The notes under the pieces are model-generated. The model was given only the letters and a program-made list of their open reading frames with translations, was not told where the DNA came from and did no database searches. 64,000 nucleotides of DNA from Ostrea edulis. Its lineage: Eukaryota. The stretch spans positions 75,702,001 through 75,766,000 of the forward strand of contig NC_079171.1 in the NCBI RefSeq assembly GCF_947568905.1, read 5' to 3'. Below are positions 52,036 through 64,000 of the stretch, piece after piece (within the stretch, counting starts at the first letter, position 1; every line of letters begins with the position of its first letter). Both the position numbers and the translations under genes were made by a program.

Positions 52036-53849
52036 GGTAAGAAGGGAACACATGCCCATCAGCTCATAGCATACAAGTACCAGCATGTATGGATCACATT
52101 TAATTTATGGTCATAATCTACTAAGTGTATATAAAATACATGCATTTGGATAAAAGAGAAATCAATATGATTTTTCATTAGCCTGTCATAATCAGACTTT
52201 GATTGATGTTAACCCACCCCCATTTTGGCCCAAACACACATGTTGTTTTTATTTCTGTTATAGAATAAAGAAAATAATTCAAATTATGATAATAAATTCT
52301 ATCATAAGTGTGTTTTCCTAACAGATTGTGTTTTCTTTTCATAGAAAGATAATTTCTTTTATAAACATGGAAAAAACTTGGAAAATAGCCTTCTCACCAG
52401 CGGTCGTGAATGCCCAGTCTGATTAAAACCACCCCATCCCATTATACACTAAATACACCCCCTTCTTACACTCGCGCGTCACGCAAGGAGATAATTCTGG
52501 GGAAAGGGGGGGGGGGGTAATCAAACTGCCGGACCCGGACAGGGTGTTATTCACTTGTTTTAGATATCATAAAATATAAATATTTGCTTTCATGAAACGA
52601 CAAACCATGGCATCAAATTGCGGTTAATTAATCGTGAATTTTTCATAACATGACGAGACCACATTTTTGTTTTCTTTTTAATCGGCCTATGTGGCTACAT
52701 CAACTTACATGTACGTATTTATACTGAATGCATGATCGTTTGGGTCATCCTGCAACAGGCGATCCAGGGCATCTTCTTCTGACATCAGGTCGTTTTAAAG
52801 ATGTAAAATACAAGCGTTGGTTGTGACAGTCACGGTGAAGCTGTGTTGTTTTCGTTGAAACGGAAACACGTGTCATTCTCCGTGCACACTTTCAGAAAAC
52901 CCCGCGAGGCCCGCGATCCGGATCACGGAAAAATAAAAGTATACAGGCTATATATAGGCGAACTTCTTTTTTGTTTTCTTTCTTTGGCAGAGAAAAAAAT
53001 TATTTCTATTCCGAACAAATATAACGTTTATATCTGAATTTGAAGTACTTTATTTATCTTTTTTTAAATTCAATCTGCCGATGTAATATTCTCAATAGGT
53101 GTTTTATGAAGTTACATGTAGGTTGTGTAACTGTTATAAACCAATATTGGTTTTATGCTTTAAAAAAAAAAAAACAGAGATACCTGGCTGATTATTTCAT
53201 ACATGTATGTATGTTGTTTTAGTGTATCAACAGGTACTGAATTTACTATAAGAGGACAATACAAATAGTTTTCACCACTTTATTGTGCGACGCGCGTCGA
53301 TTGCTTTTAGCGACGTCGATTTGTCGCTAATTTTTAAGAAAACCGCGCAGCATGTCCCAATTTCATTTTATCGTAATATAAAAACTACCGAGAATTATAA
53401 TATGAATAAGGGTCCATCAAAAAGAACATTTCTTCTACTTTTACAGGATGTATTTACTTTTCCCTATTTCCATATATAAATATAGATAAAACGCCGATCT
53501 GTTTAAACATTGCGAAATAAAATCGTAAAACAACGTATATGTGCAAAAAAATACTATTTTCTTATAACTTTGCCAGCCATTAAAAATAATTTTTATATGT
53601 ACTGAAAGCAGGGAATATATGCTTCTCAAAAATATAAAAAATATTGCATTCATAGGGAAAATAAAAAAAATCATAGCGAGGGGGGAAATGGCCTTGCGAC
53701 AAAGCGTTGCGTCATATTTAGACGAAGTCGTCATTCATTTTAAATGCTTTTTTAAATTTAATGGCTTTATTTATTCAATTGATTTTTGCATAGTTAAAAA
53801 ATATAGAAAATTTCCAAAAATATGATATATAAAACATATATCTTACGTC

Positions 53850-54890
53850 CGTAGTTTCAAAGATTTATAGACACTCCTTTTGCGTAGCCCTGTTTTTACG
53901 CGCTATCGGTCATATTGACCGATACGGTAGAGAAAGGGTTAAAGTATTCGCCTACATTCAGAAATACCTGAATCTGTGGTTTTCCTTATGCCCTGATCGA
54001 CCCTAGCCTGTAGCTTACTTCATTCCCTCTCTACTTTAGTTAGATCAGAATCTAAATCCTCTACAATAGCCCTTTGTCCTATTTTATAAAACAGTATAAT
54101 TCTAACTTAACTGCCCTCGCATCCCGTCGCTGCCACCATTTTTGTAACGTATTTCCTGAAAGACTAGAAGGCTATCAAAATCCGTGCCTTATCAATCCAA
54201 GCGCACGAGGTGTAATTAGAATAAGAACTTTCATTGGTAAAATGAAATTGGGAATGTTATTGGAAACTGGACCTGCAGATATACACAAATATGACAAAAT
54301 CAACCCAGGTTAATAATTGCTATCAAATCAAGGGAATTCAATCAACATACTCAGATCAGGGTTAACGATATGAGTTGTAATATCAAAATAATTTAGCAAT
54401 GGGTATGGGCACCCCCAGTCAACGACTGGCTAACCCGGGACTAACGCTTGTACCGCAGCCTTATTCAGGACACAAAGTACAGGTGACATACCTTCAACCG
54501 TTGCACACACTGTAGAGCCTTATCCAGGCAAACACTGTGAGGAGCAACCCGGCCGTCAGTCAATTTCAGTATATAGAAAAGACGAACTGTGTGGCTAGCT
54601 TTTATTTGGTCGACCTCAACAGTGCCAGACATTTTACTACTAAGGTAACACCCAATGCCTCCACTCTAACACCTGTACAACTAATGGGATCAAACACTGA
54701 CTTACTCAGTAAATCACTTTATTGCTTGCAACTCACTGTTAATCTTGTCCACCACGTCTTCTCAGCCCGGGCTTCAACAATAATCGACAAACGACACAAG
54801 TTTGATGCTGTGTTTATAGCGATAGGTCATGCGACTAAAATACAGACGTTTACATTGCAAACTCCACTGTCGAAACTTGAAGGTTGACGA
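53850..54890 (-). mobile_element. Possible decayed non-LTR retrotransposon APE endonuclease region
   Basis: Minus-strand fragments FKFRQWSLQCKRL (cf. WNVxGL), EKTW, SGGIGCYL (cf. RSGGI), ARVDQGIRKTT (cf. NGRxGxDxGxGxxT). Heavily disrupted. Confidence 0.4.
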
Positions 54891-57445
54891 ATGAATTTCC
54901 GGAATATTATATTTACTCATATACTTGTTTTTCAGCGTCTTAATGATTAAAACAGTTCTTCATTTGATAGAACTTTGTTTTCTTTTTTCGTCATTTTGAA
55001 CGAAGCGGCATGTGGGTCAATAATATAAAATGTATGTAAACGTGTTGTTTACCAATTCCAGCGATTGTTATCAATCAAAAGGGTAAAAATAAGTAATAAA
55101 TATCATTTTAAAATATGTATTGGGGTATAAATACGGGTTGTTCTGGTGATCAATTTCCACAAAGCCCAACTTAATGATGCAATGTGAAATTGTCATATAC
55201 CCGCCTTTCATAGTCTATTTCTCTCGAAGATGTTTATAAATTTCCACTGTCATCTGGCCCAGAAAAATAGATGATTTCAGCAGGGGTCCCAAAATCTGGC
55301 ATTCAAATAAGGAATATATAAGCAAATCAAAACAACGTTTAATTTGATCAGAAATTACTTTGTGTTTTTTAACAGGAGCGTGAAGTTGGCATAAAATTGC
55401 CAAAATTAATGAAACATTTCATAAATTCAGGGTATATTTTTCGATTTCTCTTAATACACAATGTATATTAAATTCATTTTGCTCGACAGATGGCCACACC
55501 TTTTCCTAAGCAATAATCTGGATAAAATTTAACAGTTATCAAACTCTTTTTGAAAAATGGCGGGAAAACTCTTATTCATGACGTAATAATGCTATAAAAT
55601 TAGAAATAACCTTGATTTAAGTTGAGATTGTGTACTTGGCATCTATTTAACTTATTCAAAACATAGATCAAGCTTGATTCAAGACACATTTAAATCAAAG
55701 AATTTTTTTGGGCCTTTTTATGTACACAATCGTACCTTGTTCTTTGCAATATTTATAGGAGACGTTCGCTTATCATAGTTTGTGTTATGACGTTTGTAGT
55801 GGGACTTGTTGATATAATTCAACAGAGTACCAGGTATTACGAAGGTTTAAGTACCCTCTATCTTAATAGTAACTCTTCATTATCTTCACTTTTTGAAAGA
55901 AACGGAAAACGTTCTTCGAATTACAAATTATATCTGCTTTTAGTATAATAATGATCGTTATATAATTTAAAATACATTGATTTAAACCGAGATTGTTGAA
56001 AAATCTGTAACATCAAGTCATTAAATTGAATTGGTTGGCCATTAACCTCTTACACAATTGAGATGCCATTTTGCCGATAGCATCTTTATCCAATAATATT
56101 CCCAAAGAGTAAGGAGGTAAGGATGATTATATGGTGTTGACTATGATATATCTGATACACACACGGATGAAAATAAGAAAGATTCATAGATAAACCGTCG
56201 TTGATATATCTAAATATCCAGTAAAAGGTGAAGGCAGACTTGTTTTCTAATCAGATGATCAAATTTATTCAAACAACAATTACAACAGGGTAATTCTTAA
56301 CAGAAAAGACTATTGCATCCAACTTTGGCAAATGTATCAAATCATATAGATACAATATATAAGGATCACGGTGGGTATGACTGGTCAACAGTGAGTGCTT
56401 ACTCATTTCGGGTACCTGGACTTACCTCTGGTATATTCAAGATTCTGTGTTTGTTCAACTCTCTATTTTGTATTGGTTATAGGAGTTGTGAAATTGAACA
56501 CTGATCGTTATATTTATTTTTCGTTCAGTATGCAACTTATCTAATTCGCTTATTAAGCATGGATTCTTAAATACAGGAGAAAGTATGGTGTGTTATTTGG
56601 TTTTGATGTATTTTATAGAATCTTGATATTTATCGTAGATCTTATGTTTTTATCATTCGCCTAGACAATATGTTGATATCGATAATGATATATCTAACAA
56701 ATGAAAAGGAAGCTATTCCTTGTAGTGCCTTTTAACAAATTCAACGAGAGTGGGACAACCAGTTCTGTTAGTGGAGTTAACAAGACAATGAATATGTATT
56801 TTTTTTAAAACAGACACGGATTAAATCTCGAATTGTGGCTGATTATTTTTCTGCTTTTAGCTAATCATGAAACAACCATTCAAACATACAGGACCAATCA
56901 ATTGAGTGTTTTCGGTAACGTTACAGACTACACGTTACACAAATCTTTGTATTGTTATTTGCCAATACACAAACCGTCCGTGGGCTTCGTCGCGGATATC
57001 ACCACTTTGCAGGATGTGTGAAATATTGCGCCGACTAAATAGTGATGGTAAAGTGGAATTTCAAAAAAGATATTTTAATATCGATCAAAACGAATTAACT
57101 TGATTCAATACATAAATTAAAGCAATGACGATGATTAATAAATGGGAATTAATCTATTACATATATCAATAGAAGCAAAAATGTTTCCATCAAATGATTT
57201 TAAATCAATTACATTTGACCGAAACTTATATCTAATCTGGATAATACAATGGTCTATGTACAACAAGTATATTCCATGAAAAATGCTAAGGATGTTTGGC
57301 ACAATATAATACATCATGGCTAGAGAGTCTACATAGTTGAACTTTACAGAAGTGTTTGACTTCTTGCGAAGAGTGGGACGTATATCTAATGGGCCTGTAT
57401 GATGTAATATCTTGTCTAATATCATACGTATATTATGCTGACCTA

Positions 57446-57633
57446 ATGCATAGCTCTTATCCTTGGACGAATTTGGCTTCACTTTTTTGGCACACTGTTT
57501 TTGGCTATATTTAGCTCTAAAACTTCATAGTTATTTCGGATTTCAAACATTTCGGTTGAGCATCACTGAAGAGACATTATTTGTCAAAATGCGCATCTGG
57601 TGCATCAAAATTGGTACCGTATAAGTTTTACAT
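57446..57633 (+). mobile_element. 5'-truncated retrozyme-like copy; hammerhead at 57560-57603 with GAAA changed to AAAA
   Basis: gcatca ctgaaga gaca ttatt tgtc aaaa tgcgca tc tggtgc; ends in ttttacat. Confidence 0.85.
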
Positions 57634-58176
57634 ATATCACACTTTTCGCAAGAAGTAAAACACTTCTGTTAAGTTCAAACATCTGGATTACCTGACCCCA
57701 CCCCCTAACTGCACTGTTGTGACAAAAACCCTTTCATTTGAATGGAATACCCAAGTTATACACTGGTCATTGTTGTAGACAGAGCTTATAGGGACCAATT
57801 ATATATTTTTTTTTTATTTACGAAAAAAGACATCGAATGGTGAACAAGACCAACAACTGATTGGCAGCCACGTGCTATCATTACTTATGCTTACAATGTA
57901 TGAAAAAAATAAAAAATAAACGGACATGCTGAAAGTTAACATGTTCTTGACAAGCAGAAAATAAAACAATAACAAGAAATGATACTTAAATTATCCGATC
58001 TTCAAAAACGTTAAATGTTGTCCATGTGTGTGTGGGTAGGGAGGGGGGGGTCTTGATCCACTCAAATTGTCTCGACTTCCCTTCTGACTTCAATTTCTGA
58101 AATTGTGATATGATGAAGCAATTAAATACTTGTATGTACCTTGTAAAGCACTGTCAGAGAGAGTGAGAAAGAGATA

Positions 58177-58306
58177 NNNNNNNNNNNNNNNNNNNNNNNN
58201 NNNNNNNNNNNNNNNNNNNNNNNNNNNNNNNNNNNNNNNNNNNNNNNNNNNNNNNNNNNNNNNNNNNNNNNNNNNNNNNNNNNNNNNNNNNNNNNNNNNN
58301 NNNNNN
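58177..58306. other. Assembly gap (130 N)
   Basis: Run of n characters. Confidence 0.99.
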
Positions 58307-59899
58307 ACAGATATGTGAAGTGTCCTCAAATATGTTAATGTACACCATTTCTCTTATCTATTAAGTACTCACCTGCATTCATGTATTTTTATTTCACCAT
58401 TGGTTTTTTTTGTCTTTACGTGTTATTTGTTTTCCCCCGTTCCGAGATAGGATCCCCCTTTCTAAAACGATGTTACATGTCCTTGTTTTCTGGATATTAC
58501 TTTAAAACGGTAGTCTAATGTTGTGTCCAGTTTTAATACGCTTTGTAATCATTTCTGTTGTGGCCTTGACCTCTAGATATTCCAAAAAATATCTGTCACA
58601 GATTGATAAATTCTCAAAATTAAATGAAATAATTGAATACAAGTCAAAACCTGTATCATGCTATGCATTTATTGGAAACTTAAAACCGGTGGCCATGTAA
58701 CAAGACGATCCGAGGCCATATACAAAATAAAAGGCAAAATTGGTTATATATATTAGTTACAGTAAAGGTATACACTATTTATGTGATGCCTGGTTTTGAT
58801 ACAGGCATACAGTTCCTGGACACACACAGTTCCGGGGTAAACACAGTTCCTGGACACACATACTGTTTTGCGATACACATTTCCAGGATATACATAGTTC
58901 AGGCACACGCACAGGTCCGGGACACAGTTTCAAAGGAATATTTTGGGACTTGCACGGAAATCAGAAATACACACATTAAGTTAGCAAGGCAATGGTCACA
59001 TATTTCCACTTGTAGCGCTAAGTTTACACTTGAACTTAATGATATTTAACTAAATGATACACACTTGATAATACTTAATACTTTACAAATACGGAACATA
59101 TGATATATACAAAAGTAAATACGGACTCATGGTTACACATTACGAAAACACACATCGATGAAAGAAATACACAAAGTAACACATAACACAATGTATTAAC
59201 TTTAGTTTTTTAACAGAATAGAAAACACAAATTTGAGCAAAATTATTCCAGGACCATAAAATTAACAACACGTAAGAAATAGAAAACATAACACCACATT
59301 AATATTTATAGAAAAGTGACCTCAGACAGCCAAGTGTCTGTATTATTAATGAAGTTTTACAAAAAACTATAAACCAAAATACCTCAACACCAATCAAACA
59401 TGAATTCCGTGCAGCATGAGTGTAAAATGAATGGCTAAACCCAGAACTCAGTTATATCAGACACAGGTAAACGTGGTATCATACGGGGTAAAGATATGAA
59501 CTGATAGAAGAGGTCCTGAAAAGGATAACTATACATACAAATTTAAACAAGTACACAAGTAAATGTGACAAGTTATAATTCAATTGCAACTGCTAGTAGT
59601 TATTTGGTGTCACTTCAGTATATGATTTAAGATTGTAGCTAACAGCGTTTACATCCAGCCCACTTTCTTTATGTCTGTTATGGTCAGTCATAAGCTCAAT
59701 GAATCATATCTTTTATGAATATAGAACTATCACCAATTAATGTTACACTTCTTTCAATATGTTATACATTTTAGAAACTGATGTGGAAAATGTTGCGTGA
59801 TTTCTGAATGAGTACATCTAAATACATGTATACAAAGGAGAGAAAATGAAGAAAAAGAGAGAAAAATGCCATTATATCAAAATTGCATGGTTCATGGGA

Positions 59900-60420
59900 T
59901 TTTCTTTAAATATGATTTACGAGAAAGTAGCAGTTGTGTACAGGTCAATGCTTTCAAAACTCTGTCATACTGGGCTTCCTCAAGATATAATAAATACTGG
60001 TAAGCATTGGCTGTGATTATTATCAAAACACCTTTTATTGGGTAGTATCAGAACACTGTCACTGCAGATGTCACTCCACATGAGATATATTGTTAAATGT
60101 TTAAAGGCGGGTTATCATTGGTCACGATACACGAAAAATGTGGGTGTTAACTTATAATCGGGTTTTTAAAGGAATTGGCATGGTATATTGAACACTAAAA
60201 CATTGAAGTTTTGATGACTTCAAGTAGATCTATACTAGACCTACGTCACAATCAGATGTAGACACAGTTTCCGTTTTCCCAAAATGGAGCCTTTGTTTGA
60301 TTTTTACATGTCACTAGGATAATCCGCCATCGATCCCCCACAGCCGTTCTTATTACCTGAGGTCAAATTAAAGTATATATTTTGTTAAAAAGGGGGATGG
60401 AGTAAGGAGATTAAAACTTT
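59900..60420 (+). pseudogene. Decayed LRR-coding segment (paralog of 12540-13080)
   Basis: LDLRHNQM at 60235-60258; NAFKTLSYWASS. Confidence 0.55.
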
Positions 60421-62209
60421 AGAAAGAAATCGGTTGGAGAACGAATGAGATGTTTGCGGATGTATTATACATATCCATGATGAATTCAGTGTACATTGAG
60501 TATCCATGGATGTAAACGTGTGACAATGAATTGAGTTTATGCATATTGAATTTCGGGGGCATCAGAAAGTTGGGAAGAGGGATGGGAAAGGGGAGGGATC
60601 AGACCAATTCAGATTTCTACCAGTAACATGGTATTAGCTAATTATGTTTCATTTTGTTATGATGACACGGTGTGAATGATATTTTCTTTTATTTTCATGT
60701 GTTTATTTACATTGTATACATGTATGGTAGAACCTGATGCAACTTACTAAGGTTAAACGAGAGAGAAAACAAGAGCAGCGCTGATATAAATGTGACTCTG
60801 TGCACTTTCCACCATTTGAAGTCACAATGGAAAAGTACCTCAGAACGTTCTACGTTACATGTTCTCATACTTGCATCACGGAGAAGGTGTCAACATATGT
60901 TGTCGTTATTTACTATCTTTATCAAGTGACACATGAAACATGTTTTTGTCAAATGCTTGCCAAATAATTATATAGCATCCCTTTATGATAAAAGACCACT
61001 CTTCATTTATCTCCGTATTATACTGTAACGTTGAAACCGCCCCTAATTTTAAAGACTAAGGTTTTCAAAAAATCACTTATGTGCATAGATAATATCTTTT
61101 TGCACACACATTGGCAACGTTTCGGTGCATATCTATAACCCACATCATATTTTTTCTGAGACATATTCAATATATCTGTATGCGTCTGAAAGGTGCAGGA
61201 AACAACGTCTGTCTTGTGTGTTAAAGGTATTGTGTCTATAGGAATGTGAATAATCCCGGCAATTCGTAATGAATGTGGATATGTTTTTAAGGTATATGCT
61301 GGACAGCATCCCTAATCATAGGTTTCAGTTTAAATCCTGGTGTTAGAAATCCAAGTATAGACTACCTTTTGCTTCTTTAACCACCATATTCAAAATTCCC
61401 CATTGAAAAGAGCAAAGTTGTGTGCAAAGACCATGTGGACCTAAGTGTCTGTTCACGTAAAGTAAAAATGAATCAACTGTGACATCGTACATACTTGTTC
61501 TTTTATATGAACGGAGCTAAAGACTGCGTTTATGTCTCTGGGCGTTATTTCTTTGTGGACTAGTGGAATTCCTTACATTTTCGTTACCATCATTGCATTG
61601 CACACGTAAGGAATAACAGTGTTTGAATTTCTGATCCAGTGATCCTGTTCTCTATGAAAAGAGTTGTTTAATGTTGTATTGTTTGTATGACAGTATTTGT
61701 TTTCTAGAATATCAACCCTCGTGGAAAAATGGAGTGGTCAGGGAAATTAAAATGTTTAAGAGAAGTTTTCATTTGAACTATGTGTCTTTAAGTAAAATAG
61801 GGAAATTTCTTTTTATTTGAGGCATTGTAAAAAACACTCTTACGAACTTTTTTTTTCATTTGTTTGTTCTTTTTCTTATTGTCTGTGCTTATCAAGATTT
61901 TTTTTTTGAAAACGTGAATATGCATTAATACTCTGTAGTAATAACACATGTGGTTAAGCTTCCTGAAAAATAACCAATGTAAAACGAAACACCATATATC
62001 TCAGATAAATATGTTTTCGTAGCTCAAATTCCCTCCCTTGTTTACATGTAGGCTATAATGTTTGTATATTGCCTAATATAAGTATGTACACCTAGCGGTG
62101 TGATGTGTGAATCTGATATATAATGGTTAGGATAAAAACAGTAGTTTTAGGAGGTGCCCTATCTGTAGGAGAAGAAGGAGAAGTGTCTGTAAAAGGCATG
62201 GCTTTCAGA

Positions 62210-62480
62210 AAGCAAAATTCTAAGACATGTGTTGGCGAAAGTACTCTATAAAACTTCAACATCGTAAATTTCATATTTATGTAGCATTGTTCCATTGTCA
62301 ACTGTTTATGTTATTTGCATCTCTCTGATTCGATTCGTGATAGCTTGTTCTCCATATGGTCAGTTTTTAAATTGAGGCAAGCTACTGAGAAACAAGTTGT
62401 TTTTTACTAACAAAGTTGATGGTGCAGTGGTTTCAAATGTCTCTTCAGCATTATATGATGGTTTTAACGATTGCCACGTT
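62210..62480 (+). mobile_element. Old degenerate Penelope-like fragment
   Basis: tcgtaaatttcatatttatgtagc..cagtttttaaattgaggcaagctactg..ttgatggtgcagtggtttcaa matches the RT thumb region. Confidence 0.65.
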
Positions 62481-64000
62481 TTGTTCTCAGGGAATATAAC
62501 AGATGGTGTTATACTTTACAATTTTATCATTTTTACATCTTTTTTTTCTAATTATGACAAGAATACGATGGGATATAATTAAAACCCAGTCTTAAAATTG
62601 TTACTTTATGGCAATGCGGTTGTTTCAACCACTTATATATCACGTGAATGGTAGCTGTACATGTTTGGTCCAGTTGGAATGGTGGATCCGCTCGAAATAC
62701 TAGTCCGTTCCCATTGGCTTCCACACTACTTCCTACTTCTCTTTGATTTCTTTTGCTACTAATTTAAAGGATCTATAAAATCAAGTTGCACATTTTCAAA
62801 TATACATATTGTTATCTTACATTGTGCATGTACCTCAACCAAGTGTGGATATATACGCATCACTACCACACTATACATGTTTGTACTACAACCACGGTAC
62901 ACTGTATATACTCATATATGTACTTTTACTGTATTCATTATTTCATATACTCAATGTGCAGTATATACATATACCTGTACATGTACTTTACTTACTACAC
63001 AATACAGATACTGGTGTATGATAATTGACAATGTGTTTTCATTGTTACTAACACTCGTCACTTGTATAAGGATGAGAGTTTTACTCATACTCTATACTTA
63101 AAACTATACACAGAACTTGCAAAATTAACAATATTCAAACTTGAACCAACTTTACACAACAAAGTCAACAATAAACTGCAAGTGAAAAAAAATGAAAGTT
63201 TTATAGATAATCTGATATGAAATTAATATTAAAAAAATGAAGTAGATAAGCTTGCCTCAGAAGTACTAAAGTGGAATCTGCCTGAAGTAAAATAACAAAC
63301 TGAATATCTAGCAATGTAAAGAACCCTACCCGTGCTTGCTACACCCACACTGACCAAAGCAAAAACCGCAAACTATTTCGAATACTAGGATCTAAAAATA
63401 AACCTTGCTTAGTCGCTAATTTCAAACCTAATTTAAACGTATGTGTGAAAGTTTGGGATAAAATGTATTTGTTTACCTGAACACAGATTCGGTTATGAAT
63501 AAACGGAGAAGTTTTTGTTTTAAATGTGACAACGATCTTGTTTACCAATACAACCTACCATAGGGTAAAATACTGGCTAGCTTATTTCCTACCGATTCTT
63601 AGATAGTTTTGACTAATGACACCGCGACTGATTCAAGCATCATTTATGTATCACGACATGGGTACTTTAGCTCCATTTAGAATAATACTTCTTGCTTCCA
63701 CAGGTAGTCATTCTGTTTGTCCTTGATGATTTTATAAAAAATGTTGTGATCTGCAAAATCAAGTGGTACCAGTTAAAATATGCATATTGTTAACTTGTAC
63801 AGTACCTGCGCTTAGTGCGAGTATCGACGTACCACCACTACCCTGTACATTTATGTATTACAAACATGATACACTGCACATACTCACTGGTCATTATCTT
63901 CCCCTTTCACAAGTACGTCTTACTTTATATTTCCATATTCTCAGAACACTCAGTGTATACAGATACTTGTACATCTATATTTCTTACTACACAACACGCA

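Noticed and set aside
58090-58348. ORFs spanning the N run
   Set aside because: Artefacts of the assembly gap.

Overview
AT-rich eukaryotic DNA, inferred to be from a bivalve (oyster- or mussel-like) on the basis of its repeat families. No complete intact protein-coding gene is visible. The backbone is a set of segmentally duplicated, decayed leucine-rich-repeat (LRR) gene copies. These include one clean 72-bp phase-2 LRR exon (31226-31297) and two paralogous LRRNT-like exons. The region is heavily invaded by mobile DNA: Ty3/Gypsy fragments (one with a spliced-looking C2H2 zinc-finger accessory ORF), many copies and 3' tails of a Penelope-like element with a C-terminal RT (Naiad-type architecture), tRNA-derived SINEs, a TIR element, and probable Harbinger and LINE remnants. 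The most notable signal is an ORF-less ~350-360-bp repeat at 8 loci, often in tandem, which carries a minimal type I hammerhead ribozyme: GCATCA-CTGAAGA-GACA ttatt TGTC-GAAA-TGCGCA-TC/TGGTGC, with a palindromic stem III. This is the structure of a non-LTR retrozyme. Seven loci share one fixed 3' end (TTTTACAT or a one-base variant), and one array begins exactly at the predicted self-cleavage site. All translations and alignments were done by eye. Calls on decayed LRR and transposon remnants are tentative, and most boundaries are approximate.
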